From assembly GCA_038087875.1 (NCBI GenBank), contig CM075995.1, positions 9,116,001-9,180,000 of the forward strand: DNA of 64,000 bases, in the 5' to 3' direction. The translations under genes and the position numbers were made by a program. Below the pieces are notes generated by a model. It made no database searches and was not told the origin of the DNA. It saw nothing but the letters and a program-made list of their open reading frames with translations. Positions 51,147 through 64,000 of this stretch are shown piece after piece; position 1 is the stretch's first letter; each line of letters starts with the position of its first letter. This stretch comes from Malacoraja senta. Taxonomy: Eukaryota.

Positions 51147-52152
51147 GTAAGCCTTTAGACAAACTATCACCTTTTCCCTCATGATATACAGGTAGTTCTG
51201 TTATAGCACAATAGTTTTCTTACTCCGAGAGAGAGAGAGAGTGATACAGCGTAGAAAGAGTCCCTTCAGCCCAACTTGCCTACACCGGCCAACATGTCCC
51301 ATCTACTCTAGTCCCACCTGCCTGCGTTTGGCCCATATCCCTCTAAACCTGTCCTATCCATGTACCTGTCCAAATTTTCTTAAATGTTACTATAGAACCA
51401 AAACTAAACTAATGTGCATCAATTGTACAGATATCAGGCAACTGAACCATCCTACCACAACCAGAGAGCAGTGCTGAACTACTATCTACCTCTTTGATGA
51501 TCCTCGGACTATCCTTGATCGGACTTTGCTGGCTTTACCTTGCAGTAAACGTTATTCCCTTATCATGTATCTGTACACTGTAAATAGCTCTACTGTAATC
51601 ATGTATTGTCTTTCCACTGACTGGATAGCACGCAACAAAAGCTTTTTCACTGCACCCCGGTACACGTGACAATAAACTGAACTAGTACGAATTGCAAGCC
51701 ATCTTATTGGGTGGACACGGTGGCGCAGCGGTGGAGTTGCTGCCTTTACAGCGAATGCAGCGCCGGAGACCCGGGTTCCATCCTGACTACGGGCGCTGTC
51801 TGTACAGAGTTTGTACGTTCTCCCCGTGACCTGCGTGGGTTTTCTCCGAGATCTTCGGGTTTCCTCCTACACTCCAAAGACATGCAGGTTTGTAGGTTAA
51901 TTGGCTTGGTAAATGTAAAAATGTCCCAAGTGTGTGTAGGATAGTGTTAATATGCGGGGATCGTGGTCGGCACGGACCCGGAGGGCCAAAGGGCCTGTTT
52001 CTGTGCTGTATCTCTAAACTAATTTATCACCTGTTCATCAGAACCTAATGTTATAGAAAGTCACATTAGAAAAACGATTAGTTGGTTGTAATCATGTAGT
52101 CTTTTCCCTGATGTTGAGCGGTCCAATAGACAACAGGTGCAGGAGTAGGCCA

Positions 52153-54075
52153 TAGATACATAGATACATAGAAAATAGGTGCAGGAGTAGGCCATTCGGC
52201 CCTTCGAGCCTGCACCGCCATTCATTACGATCATGGCTGATCATCCAACTCAGTATCCCGTACCTGCCTTCTCTCCATTACCCCTGACCCCTTTAGCCAC
52301 AAGGGCCACATCTAATTCCCTCTTAAATATAGCCAATGAACTGGCCTCAACTACCCTCTGTGGCAGAGAGTTCCAGAGATTCACCACTCTCTGTGTGAAA
52401 AAGTTTTTCCTCATCTCGGTCTTAAAGGATTTCCCCCTTATCCTTAAGCTGTGACCCCTTGTCCTGGACTTCCCCAACATCGGGAACAATCTTCCTGCAT
52501 CTAGCCTGTCCAACCCCATAAGAATTTTGTACGTTTCTATAAGATCCCCTCTCAATCTCCTAAATTCTAGCGAGTATAAGCCATAGTCTATCTTCACTGC
52601 CTGCTGCACCTGCATGCCTACTTTCAATGACTGGTGTACCATGACACCCAGGTCTCGCTGCATCTCCCCATTTCCTAATCGGCCACCATTTAGATAATAG
52701 TCTGCCTTCCCGTTTTTGCTACCAAAGTGGATAACCTCACATTTATCCACATTATACTGCATCTGCCAAACATTTGCCACTCACCCAACCTATCCAAGTC
52801 ACCTTGCAGTCTCCTAGCATCCTCCTCACAGCTAACACTGCCCCCAGCTTAGTGTCATCCGCAAACTTGGAGATGTTGCTTTCAATTCCCTCGTCCAGAT
52901 CATTAATATAAATTGTAAATAGCTGGGGTCCCAGCACTGAGCCTTGCGGTACCCCACTAGTCACTGGCTGCCATTGTGAAAAGGACCCGTTTTACTCCTA
53001 CTCTTTGCTTCCTGTTTGCCAGCCAGTTCTCTATCCACATCAATACTGAACCCCCAATACCGTGTGATTTAAGTTTGTATCCTAATCTCTTATGTGGTAC
53101 CTTGTCGAAAGCCTTCTGAAAGTCCAGATACAACACATCCACTGGTTCTCCCCTATCCACTCTACTAGTTACATCCTCGAAAAATTCTATAAGATTCGTC
53201 AGACACGATTTACCTTTCGTAAATCCATGCTGACTTTGTCCAATGATTTCACCACTTTCCAAATGTGCTGCTATCCCATCTTTAATAACTGACTCTAGCA
53301 GTTTCCCCACTACCGATGTTAGACTAACTGGTCTGTAATTCCCCGTTTTCTCTCTCCCTCCCTTCTTAAAAAGTGGGGTTACGTTTGCTACCCTCCAATC
53401 CTCAGGAACTACTCCAGAATCTAAAGAGTTTTGAAAAATTATCACTAATGCATCCACTATTTCTGGAGCTACTTCCTTAAGTACTCTGGGATGCAGCCTA
53501 TCTGGCGCTGGGGATTTATCGGCCTTTAATCCATTCAATTTACCCAACACCACTTCCCGACTAACCTGGATTTCACTCAGTTCCTCCATCTCCTTTGACC
53601 CGCGGCCCCCTGCTATTTCCGGCAGATTATTTATGTCTTCCTTAGTGAAGACGGAATCAAAGTAGTTATTCAATTGGTCTGCCATATCCTTGTTCCCCAT
53701 GATCAATTCACCTGTTTCTGACTGCAAGGGACCTACATTTGATTTAACTAATCTCTTTCTTTTCACATATCTATAAAAACTTTTGCAGTCAGTTTTTATG
53801 TTCCCTGCCAGTTTCCTTTCATAATCTATTTTCCCTTTCCTAATTAAGCCCTTTGTCCTCCTCTGCTGGTCTCTGAATTTCTCACAGTCCTCTGGTATGC
53901 TGCTTTTTCTGGCTAATTTGTACGCATCATCTTTTGCTTTGATACTATCCCTGATTTCCCTTGTTATCCACGGATGCACTACCTTCCTTGATTTATTCTT
54001 TTGCCAAACTGGGATGAACAATTTTTGTAGTTCATCCATGCAGTCTTTAAATGCCTTCCATTGCATATCCATCCA
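52153..54075 (-). mobile_element. CR1-type LINE (second subfamily), long ORF2 fragment with internal deletion
   Basis: ORFs 52957-54105, 52752-52964 and 52250-52780 carry RT motifs. (CTATGTAT)n tail at about 52153-52172. Confidence 0.92.
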
Positions 54076-54554
54076 TTCAGCCCTGAGAATTCCACAGACT
54101 CCCAACTCTCTGTGAGAAAAAGTGTTTCCTCGTCTCCGTTCTAAATGACTTGCTCCTTATTCATAAACTTGGCCCTGGTTCTGGACTCCCCCAACATCGG
54201 GAACATGTTTCCTGCCTCTGCCGTTTCCAAGCCCTTAACAATCTTATATGTTTCAATGAGATTCCCTCTCATCCTTCTAAACTCCAGAGTGTACAAGCCC
54301 AGCCGCTCCATTCTCTCAGGATATGACAGTCCCGCCATCCCGGGAATTAACCTGGTGAACCTACGCTGCACTCCCTCAATAGCAAGAATGTCCTTCCTCA
54401 ACTTTGGAGACCAAAACTGCCCACAATACACCAGGTGTGGTCTCACTAGGGCCCTGTACAACTGCAGAAGGACCTCTTTGGTGCCCGAGTTTGATAATCC
54501 ATTTTATTGCTGTCTTGCCTTGAATATCTGAATTTGTGGTCTTTGTATTTGCAG

Positions 54555-54589
54555 GCTTGATCTGGCAAAAACTATCCTGGATGTTGGTG
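54555..54589 (+). CDS. SYCP2L: SYCP2L coding exon 8 (35 bp)
   Basis: Encodes (M)LDLAKTILDVG(D), resembling MKDLARTLLTVGD. Acceptor tatttgcag, donor GTAAGA. Confidence 0.85.
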
Positions 54590-55036
54590 GTAAGAACTTC
54601 AATGTCTTTATGCTATTTTTCTTTCTTGATGAATAAAGCGCGTCACGGTGGCGCAGCAGCAGAGTCGCTGCCTCACAGCGGCGGAGACCCGGGTTCCATC
54701 CTGACTACGGGTGCTGCCTGTATGGAGTTTGTACGCTCTCCCCCCCGTGACCGCGCGGGTTCTCTCTGCTTTCCTCCCACGCTCCAAAGACGTGCAAGTT
54801 TGTAGGTTAATTGGCTTCAATTAAAAAAATTGGTAAATTGTCCTTAGTGTGGAGGAGAGTGTGTGGTGGTCGCTGGTCGGCGCAGAGTCGGTGGGCCGAA
54901 GGGCCTCTTCTCACGCTGTATCTCTAAACTAATTTCTCTTTGTCATACTTCTCTCCTCTTCCATCCAATTTCAACAACTATTTCTGTTCCCAACTGTCAC
55001 CATAAGGCCATGAGATATAGGAGCAGATTTGGCTCA

Positions 55037-55899
55037 GACCAAAGTTGGACCCTTGAAGACCGAAAAAGGTGAATTTATTATGGGGAACAAGGAAATGGCA
55101 GATGAGTTGAACAGGTACTTTGGATCTGTCTTCACTAAGGAGGACACAAACAATCTTCCTGATATAGTAGTGGCCAGAGGATCTGGGATGACAGAGGAAC
55201 TGAAGGAAATCCACATTAGGGTGGAAATGGTGTTGGATAGACTGATGGGACTGAAGGCTGATAAATCCACAGGGCCTGATGGTCTGCATCCCAGGGTACT
55301 TAAGGAAGTGGCTTTAGAAATCGTGGATGCATTGATGATAATTTTCCAATGTTCTATAGACTCGGGATCAGTTCCTGTGGATTGGAGGGTAGCTAATGTT
55401 ATCCCACTTTTTAAGAAAGGCGGGAGAGAGAAAACAGGGAATTATAGACCAGTTAGCCTAACATCGGTGGTGGGGAAGATGCTGGAGTCAATTATAAAAG
55501 ATGAGAGCCAAACATTTGGATAGCAGTAACAGGATCGGTCTGAGTCAGCATGGATTTACGAAGGGGAAATCATGCTTAACTCAGAGGGCGTTGGAGGCCG
55601 GTTCTCTGGATGCTTTCAAGAGAGAGCTAGATAGGGCTCTTAAAGATAGCGGAGTCAGGGGATATGGGGAGAAGGCACGAACGAGTTACTGATTGGGGAT
55701 GATCAGCCATGATCACATTGAATGGCGGTGCTGGCTCGAAGGGCCAAATGGCCTACTCCTGTGTCTATTGTCTATTGTCTATTGTCTATTGTCTATTGTC
55801 TATTGTCTATTGCCTATTGCCTATTGCCTATTGCCTATTGCCTATTGCCTATTGCCTATTGCCTATTGCCTATTGCCTATTGCCTATTGCCTATTGCCT
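55037..55899 (+). mobile_element. CR1-type LINE, internally deleted, with expanded 7-mer tail
   Basis: RT ORF 55029-55523, jump to the 3' end at about 55580, tail (CTATTGT)n then (CTATTGC)n. Confidence 0.88.
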
Positions 55900-56758
55900 A
55901 GTTGAGTCTACTCCACATTCAATCATAGCCGATATATACCGTTCCCTCCCAACCCCATTCTCCAGTCTTCTATGCATAACATTTGGTGCCCTAACTAATC
56001 CAGGAACTTGCAATCTCTGGTTTGAAAACACCCACTGACTTGTGGCCTCCACAGCCGTCTGTGGCGATGAATTCCACAGTTTCACCACCCTCTGGCTAAA
56101 GAAATTCCTCCTCATCTCCATTCTAAAGGTATGTCCTTTCATTCTGAGGCTGTGCCCTCTGGTCCTTGCCTCTCCCACTGGTGGACACATCCAAGCAGCT
56201 TAGTTTATCATCATCACACGTGCCAAGGTACAGAGAGAACCTTTTTTTGCTTATCTGGAATGCACTGCCTGTAGATAATGGATGCAAGGAGCTAATGTCA
56301 GTAGCGTCCCGGAGTCGCACAGCACGGAAGTAGGTCCTTCGGCCCAACTTGTCCATGAAGACCGAGATATCTCATCTGAGCTAGTTCCACCTTCCATCTG
56401 CACCTTCTCGCTGGGACCTCGTGGGTTTCCTCCGGGTGCTCCGGTTTCCACACCCTTCCCAAAAGTGTGGGAATTTCACAATCGCAATCATACTTTATTA
56501 TCCATACCTTATTAACGTACGAGGAATTTCATTTGCCAAGTCGGTCGTACAAATAAGAAGCAACGGAACACACAAACTACATTTTAACATAAACATCCAC
56601 CACAGTGACTCCTCCACATTCCTCACTGTGATGGAAGGCGAAACAAAGTTCTTTCTCTTCCCTTCTTTGTTGTCTGAGGTGTGGGGGTGGGGGAGAGATT
56701 GCAACCTTCATGTGGTCTGCCCCGTTTCGACGAATGCAATCAACAATCAAATAGAACA

Positions 56759-57706
56759 GGTACACAAAAATGCTGGAGAAACTCAGCGGGTGCAGCAGCA
56801 TCTATGGAGCGAAGGAAATAGGTAACGTTTCGGGCCGAAACCCTTCTTCAGACTGATAGGGGGTGGGGAGAAGAAAGGAAAAAAAGAAAAAGGCGGAGGA
56901 GGAGCCCGAGGGCTGGGGGAGGGGAGGAGACAACCAGATGGCTGATGAAGGGGAGGGGACAGCAAGGGCTAGCAGAATTGGGAGAATTCAATGTTCAAGC
57001 CCCCAGGATGTAGACTGCCCAAGCGGAATATGAGGTGCATTTCCTCCAATTTACGGTGTTGCTCGCTGTGGCCATGGAGGAGACCCAGGACAGAGAGGTC
57101 AGATACGGAATGGGAGGGGGAGTTGAAGTGCTGAGCCACCGGGAGTTCAGGTTGGTTATTGCGGACCGACCGGAGGTGTTCGGCGAAACGATCGCCAAGC
57201 CTCCGCTTGGTCTCACCGATGTAGATCAGCTGGCATCTAGAGCAGCGAATGGAATAGGTGAGGTTGGAGGAGATGCAGGTGAACCTCTGTCGCACCTGGA
57301 ACGACTGCTTGGGTCCTTGAATGGAGTAGAGGGGGGAGGTGAAGGGACAAGTGTTGCATCTCTTGCGGTTGCAAGGGAAAGTACCAGGGGAGGGGGTGGT
57401 ACGGGAGGGAAGGGAAGAATTGACAAGGGAGTTACGGAGGGAGCGGTCTTTGCGGAAGGCAGACATGGGGGGAGATGGGAAGATGTGGCGAGTGGTGGGG
57501 TCACGTTGGAGATGGCGGAACTGACGGAGGATCACTTGTGGTATGTGACGGCTGGTGGGGTGAAAGGTGAGGACTAGGGGGACTCTGCCCTTGTTGTGAG
57601 TGGGGGGATGGGGAGAGAGAGCAGTGTTGCGGGGTATGGCAGAGACCCTGGTGCGAGCCTCATCTATGGTGGAGGAGGGGAACCCCCGTTCCCTGAAGAA
57701 TGAGGA
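56759..57706 (-). mobile_element. Penelope-like element, GIY-YIG endonuclease end plus terminal repeat, 11-bp TSD
   Basis: ORF 56969-~57700 with CNTC...FTC.SSNLTYSIRCSRCQLIYIGETKRRLGDRFAEH...EE.HLIFRLGSLHPGGLN. Flanked by CAAATAGAACA at 56748-56758 and 57707-57717. Confidence 0.9.
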
Positions 57707-59458
57707 CAAATAGAACAAGTTGTCCAGCAACTTTAGGCTGTGCGCGCCATAGGCAAGCAGAAGACGGTCGAGGGCCTCGAGCCCTCCGTTGACGGGACGA
57801 TCCTGACTCCCGTAGCCAGCGGTGTTTGGGCCCTCCACGTCGGGGCGATCAGCTCTTGCATCGACGGGGGGGGAGGGGGGATGTCGACTCCCCCGCGCCG
57901 GCGATCGGACCCCTGGTCGAGCCTCTGCGTAGTTGGAGGTCTTGACCCGAGTCTGCCAGCTCCTCGGTGGTAAATTTGTTGGTGAATTGGCTTCTGTAAA
58001 TTGTCCCCAGTTTAGTTAAAAAATATAATTATTGTTGTCGTGTGTACTGAGGTACAGTGACAGGTTCCCCAACCAAGCTGTGAAGCATCCCGATAAAGAG
58101 TTTTACAGCGCATCTCTAGACGTTGGAGAGAAGTTTGGAACTTCCTAGGCCTTCTAAGGAAATGGAAGCATTGGTATTCTTTATAGACAATAGGGGCAGG
58201 AGCAGTCCATTTGGCCCTTCGAGCCAGCACCGCCATTCAATGTGATCATGGCTGATCATCCCCAATCAGTACCCCGTTCCTGCCTTCTCCCCATATCCCC
58301 TGACTCCGCTATCTTTAAGAGCCCCATCTAGCTCTCTCTTGAAAGCATCCAGAGAACCTGGCACCACCGCCCTCTGAATTTCAGCTGCCTTCAGCCCCGC
58401 TTGTCATTGACGGCTTGAAGCAGCTTCGACTGCACGTGGACTGCACACGCTTTCCAGTGTTACATGTACTGCGGATGAAAGGCACGGAGAATTATGCCGA
58501 CCTAAGAGATCGATCCCTTAGATAGGCATGATTCTCCCATGCCTTTACTATTTATATTTAATGATTACCACTTTATAATTTTAGTCGGGGTAGGCAGTGC
58601 CTACCTTGCCTACCCTGACGGCAAGTGCCTGATACACAGGGCCGTGAAGGAAGAAATTGCAGATGCTAGTTTAAACCGAAGATAGACCATTTCAGGAAAA
58701 AGAAATGAAGTGAGGTTTTTGCCCTCTCCCTGATACGTCACCTATCCATGTTCTCCACAGATGCTGCCTGACCCGCTGAGTTACTCCAGCACTCTGTGAA
58801 ACGTCACCTATCCATGTTCTCCACAGATGCTGCCTGACCCGCTGAGTTACTCCAGCACTCTGTGAAACGTCACCTATCCATGTTCTCCACAGATGCTGCC
58901 TGACCCGCTGAGTTACTCCAGCATTCTGTGAAACGTCACCTATCCATGTTCTCCACCGATGCTGCCTGACCCGCTGAGTTACTCCAGCACTCTGTGTCCA
59001 TCTTCAGTGTACAGAGTTACCAGTTTTGCCCCTAGTTTCAAGTCCCCTCCACTGTATACAGATTAAGGGAATGATTATCAGTGGAAGATGAAGTCCGATT
59101 AAAGATAGTCTGGGGGTCTCCAGTGAGGTAGATGGGAGGTCAGGACCTTCTCTAGTTGGTGAGAGGGCGGTTCAGTTGCCTGATAACAGCCGGGAAGAAA
59201 CTGTCCCTGAATCTGGAGGTGTGCGTTTTCACACTTCTGTACCTCTTGCCTGATGGGAGAGGGGAGAAGGAGTGGCCGGGGGTGAGACTGGTCCTTGATT
59301 ATGCTGCTGGACTTGCCGAGGCAGCGTGAGGTGTAGATGGAGTCAATGGACGGGAGGTTGGTTTGTGCGATGGGCTGGGCTGTGTCCGGTGGGCCGAAGG
59401 GCCTGTATCCTTGCTGTATCTCTAACCTAGCAACTTCCCTCTTCCTTTTTAAAACTAG

Positions 59459-59598
59459 ACTATGAAATTCAGGTTGCTATATCTGAGGCGCTGTGCCGAA
59501 TGACCGACAGGAAGACGCGGGAGACACTTATTTACACGTGGTTTAACGAGCAGAATGGAAACGCGTTCAAAGAGATTAAAGACTTTGAATTTGAAACA
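59459..59598 (+). CDS. SYCP2L: SYCP2L coding exon 9
   Basis: Encodes (D)[46 protein letters not shown], with the hallmark SYCP2-family GDY..QV...EALCR and AFK.IKD.EFET motifs. Donor GTAAGT. Confidence 0.93.
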
Positions 59599-62486
59599 GT
59601 AAGTTTGCAAACAATTTTTTTTTTCTTGTGACTAAATGCTTGTAGGATATTGGTAGGGAAATGAGAAAGATTTCTACTCCAGTCAAGTGTTCTTATTGTT
59701 TTATTGTTTAAGAAGGAACTGCAGATGCTGGAGAAACCAAAGGTAGACAAAAATGCTGGAGAAACTCAGCGGGTGAGGCAGCATCTACGGAGCGAAGGAA
59801 ATAGGCAACGTTTCCGGGTCGAGACCCTTCTTCAGACTGGTTGTTTTGCTGTTATTGCTATTCTTGCTGTTGAGGGAGTGCAGCGTAGGATCACCAGGTT
59901 AATTCCCGGGATGGCGGGACTGTCGTATGCTGAGAGAACGGAGCGGCTGGGCTTGTACACGCTGGAGTTTAGAAGGATGAGAGGGGATCATATAGAAACA
60001 TATAAGATAATTAAGGGTTTGGACACGCTAGAGGCAGGAAACATGTTCCCGATGTTGGGGGAGTCCAGAACCAGGGGCCACAGTTTAAGAATAAATGGTA
60101 AGCCATTTAGACGGGTGCTGCCTGTACGGAGTTTGCACGTTCTTCCCTGTGACTGCATGGATTTTTTCCTCTTTTTTTTCTGGCTGCTCTGGTTTCCTCC
60201 CTCACTCCAAAGATGTACTGGTTTGTAGGCTTATAGGTTTCAGTAGACAATAGGTGCAGGAGTAGGCCCTTCCAGCCAGCACCGCCATTCGATGTGATCA
60301 TGGCTGATCATCCCCAATCAGTACCCCGTTCCTGCCTCCTCCCCATATCCCCTGACTCCGCTATCTTTAAGAGTCAGCTACCTTCAGCTCTCTCTTGAAA
60401 GCATCCAGAGAACCTGCCTCCACCACCCTCTGAGGCAGAGAATTCCGCAGACTCACAACTCTCTGTGTGAAAAAGTGTTTCCTCATCTCCGTTCTAAATG
60501 GCTTACCCCTTATTCTTAAACTGTGTGACCCCTGGTTCTGGACTCCCCCAACATCGGGAACATGTTTCCTGCCTCTAGCATGTCCAAGCCCTTAACAATC
60601 TTGTATGTTTCAATGAGATACCCTCTCATCCTTCTAAACTCCAGAGTGTACAAGCCCAGCTGCTCCATTCTCTCAGCATTTGACAGTCCCGCCATCCCGG
60701 GAATTAACCTTGTAAACCTACGCTGCACTCCCTCAATCGCAAGAATGTCCTTGGGTAAGGATTGTAAATTGTCCCCAGTGTGTGTAAGATAGTGCTGGTG
60801 TACGGGGGTGATCGCTGGTCGGCGCGGACTCAGTGGGCCGCAGGGCCTGTTTCTGCACTGTATCTCTAACCTTAACTAAAACCCGAAGGTTATGCCCTCT
60901 AGTGTTTAAGAAAGAACTGCAGATGCTGGAAAAAGGGTGACGTTTTGGGGTCTGAAGAAGGGTTTCGACCTATTCCTTCGCTCCATAGATGCTGCCTTAC
61001 CCGCTGAGTTTCTCCAGCATTTTTGGCTGTGTGGTAATTCAAGTGTCACTGTACCAACTGGTGCATGTGAGCATAAATGTCTTTTGAACTCTTGAACTTT
61101 TTTTTTCCATCTTTGGGGGGGGATAAAAGTTGTCCGTCCACAACTTTAAAAAAAGGAGTTGACTAAAAAGACTCCCGTTTGAGGTGGCTGTCTTGCGAGT
61201 CTCAGCTGTCGGTGGGAGGATGGATGTTGGAATAGGAAAATTAATTTCGACACGTGGTCTGGAGTCGAATGGGCAAGATGGCGGCTTAAAGCATTTGTGT
61301 AAACGGAGAGTATTGACGCTGCACTCGCATTTAGGTTTAGTTTAGACGTACAGAGCGGAAACGGGCCCTTCGGCCCACCGAATCCACGGCAACCAGCGAT
61401 GAGGAGGAATTTCTGTAGACGGAGGGTGGTGAATCTGTGGAACTCATTGCCTTAGACGGCTGTGGAGGCCAAGTCAATGGATATTTTTAATGTGGAGATA
61501 GATTCTCCACATTACATCCGTAGCGGCGACTGGGGAGGTTTTATGGCCCCGACCACGGGTGAACAAGGAGGAGGACTGGCTGAACCTTATTGCCTTCCAA
61601 TACTGTGAGGAATGCTGTGGTGGATGTCTGTGTTAATTTTTTATTGTGTATTGTATTTTTTTTAATGGTACCGCTGCTGGCAAATTCATTTCACTGCACT
61701 TATATGTGTATGTGACGAATAAAATTGACTATTGACTATAGATTCTTGATTAGTACGGGTGTCAGGGGTTATGGGCCCCATATCTGAGGAAGGATGTGCT
61801 GGCTCTGGAGAGGGTCCAGAGGAGATTTACAAGATCGATCCTGGGAATGAGTGGGTTAACATATGATGAGCGTTTGACAGCACTGGGCCTGTACTCGCTG
61901 GAGTTTAGAAGGATGAGGGGGGGACCTCATTGAAACTTACCAAATAGTGAAAGGCCTGGATAGAGTGGATGTGGAGAGGATGTTTCCACTAGTGGGAGAG
62001 TCTAGGACCAGAGGGCACAGTCTCAGAATTAAAGGATGTTCTTTTAGGAAGGAGATGAGAAGAAATGTCTTTAGTCAGAGGGCGGTGAATGTGTGAGATT
62101 AATTTCCACAGAAGGCTGTGGAGGCCAAGTCAGTGGATATTTTTAAGGCAGAGATAGATAGATTCTTGATTAGTACGGGTGTCAGGGGTTATGGGGAGAA
62201 GGCAGGAGAATGGGGTTTGGAGGGAGAGATAGATCAGCCGTGACCGAATGGCGGAGTAGACTTGATGGGACGAATGGCTTAATTTTACTCCTGTACATGA
62301 ACTTAGATAATCAGAGACAGCGTAGAACTTAGATAATCAGAGACGGTGTGGAAACCGACCAGCGATCCCTCATACACTAGCTCTATCACTACGCACCAGG
62401 GATAATGTACAGAAGCTAATTAACCTCTAAACCCGAAAGTAGATAAAAGTGCTGGAGAAACTCAGCGGGTGCGGTAGCATCTATGG

Positions 62487-62726
62487 AGCGAAGGAAATGG
62501 GCGACGTTTCGGGCCGAAACCCTGAAGGAAATAGGCAAAGTTTCGGGCCGAAACCCTGAAGGAAATAGGTGACGTTTCGGGCCGAAACCCTGAAGGAAAT
62601 AGGCAAAGTTTCGGGCCGAAACCCTGAAGGAAATAGGCTACGTTTCGGACCGAAACCCTGAAGGAAATAGGCGACGTTTCGGACCGAAACCCTGAAGGAA
62701 ATAGGCAACGTTTCGGGCCGAAACCC
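62487..62726. repeat. 34-bp tandem array inside a Penelope-terminus palindrome
   Basis: Unit CCTGAAGGAAATAGGCRAMGTTTCGGGCCGAAAC, period 34 (62521 to 62555), about 6-7 copies. Confidence 0.9.
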
Positions 62727-63534
62727 TTCCGGGTTTCGGCCCGAAACGTTGCCTATTTCCTTCGCTCCATAGATGCTGCTGCACCCGCTGAGTTTCTCCA
62801 GCACTTTTGTCTACCTTCGATTTTACAGCATCTGCAGTTCCTCCTTAACCTCTAAACCCGCACGTCTTTCGCTAGGCACAGAATGCTCGTGTCCCGACTA
62901 CTCCTTTGACTCTGTCTAGGGACCCCGACACTCTTTTCCAGGTGAGGCAGAGGTTCACTTGCCCCTCCTCCAACCTGTATCCACTGTATCCACTGTTCCA
63001 GGTGTGGGCTCTGGTACATCGGCGAGACCAAGCGCTGGCTCGGCGATCGTTTCGTTGAACACCTTTGCTCCTAGAACTTATGGCCAGCGACCTCCCCCTA
63101 CACTTGCACTATCCTGCACACACCCGGGACAGTTTACAACTTGCCCAAGCCAATTGGTCTCCGAAGCCTGCACGTCCCTGGAATGTGGAAGGTCACGTAC
63201 AAACTCCATACAGACAGCACCCGTAGTCGGGATCGAACCCGGGTCTCTGGTGCTGTGAGGCAGCAACTCTACCGCTGCGCCGCGATGCCACCCTGTGTTT
63301 GCTGCGGATAGTTTAGATAATAGACAATAGGTGCAGGAGTAGGCCAATCGGCCCTTCGGCCCCTCGAGCCAGCACCGCCATTCAATGTGATCATGGCTGA
63401 CCGTCCCCAATCAGTACCCCGTTCCTGCCTTCTCCCCCATATCCCCTGACTCCGCTATCTTTAAGCCCTATCAAACTTTACTATACGCTTTCTGAAACGG
63501 TAGCTAAACGTGTACATTTTTTTTAACCTTGAAG

Positions 63535-63587
63535 GACTGCCGAAGATTTCTCAACCGACTGAACGCAAGCCTTTTGAATAAAAGAAG
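63535..63587 (+). CDS. SYCP2L: SYCP2L coding exon 10 (gene continues beyond window)
   Basis: Encodes DCRRFLNRLNASLLNKR(R), resembling DSRRFLNHLNNRLGDQRR. 53 bp, acceptor accttgaag, donor GTAGGA. Confidence 0.9.
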
Positions 63588-64000
63588 GTAGGAGCATGTT
63601 TTATTTGCACTGAAAGATATTTACGTTAAAAATACATCCCATACTGCTATGATGAACATAAAAAAACTATAGTCTTCCCTCTCCCACCAGGCTAGTGGTA
63701 CAGAAGTGTGAAAACGAACGCACACACCTCCAGATTCAGGGACAGTTTCTTCCCAGCTGTTATCAGGCAACTGATCCATTCTACCACAAGAGGGCTCCTG
63801 AGCTACTATCTACCTCATTGGTGACCCTCAGACTATCTACAATTACTGGACCTTATCTTGAACTAAATATTGTTCCCTTTATCATGTATATGTACACACT
63901 GTGGACAATAGACAATAGGTGCAGGAGTAGGCCATTCGGCCCTTCAAGCCAGCACCGCCATTCAATGTGATCATGGCTGATCATCCCCAATCAGTACCCC

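Overview
Eukaryotic, repeat-dense vertebrate DNA. The repeat complement (HE1/V-SINE-like SINEs, HER1/CR1-like LINEs, Penelope-like elements) points to a cartilaginous fish, probably a skate or ray (inference). Two spliced genes lie head-to-head. GCM2 (glial cells missing 2) is on the minus strand with five coding exons: 19497-19607, 12556-12808, 9800-9911, 8612-8737 and 3481-4377. The 5' part of SYCP2L (synaptonemal complex protein 2-like) is on the plus strand, with ten coding exons from 41910 to 63587, and continues past the window end. GCM2 exons 3 and 5 carry about nine single-base homopolymer indels near a 200-N gap, most likely consensus errors. The most unusual features are: (1) an apparent AT-AC intron with a U2-type donor (AAG|ATAAGT...TTTCAC|ATG) in SYCP2L at 45448-46440; (2) many Penelope-derived minimal hammerhead-ribozyme motifs, with related 66-bp and 34-bp tandem arrays and palindromes; (3) a structured ~150-bp (GAA)n-tailed retroposon hit twice at nearly the same site by different retroelements; and (4) a small inverted duplication. 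Most long ORFs in the supplied track are microsatellite or transposon artefacts. All homology calls come from recalled protein motifs, not database searches.
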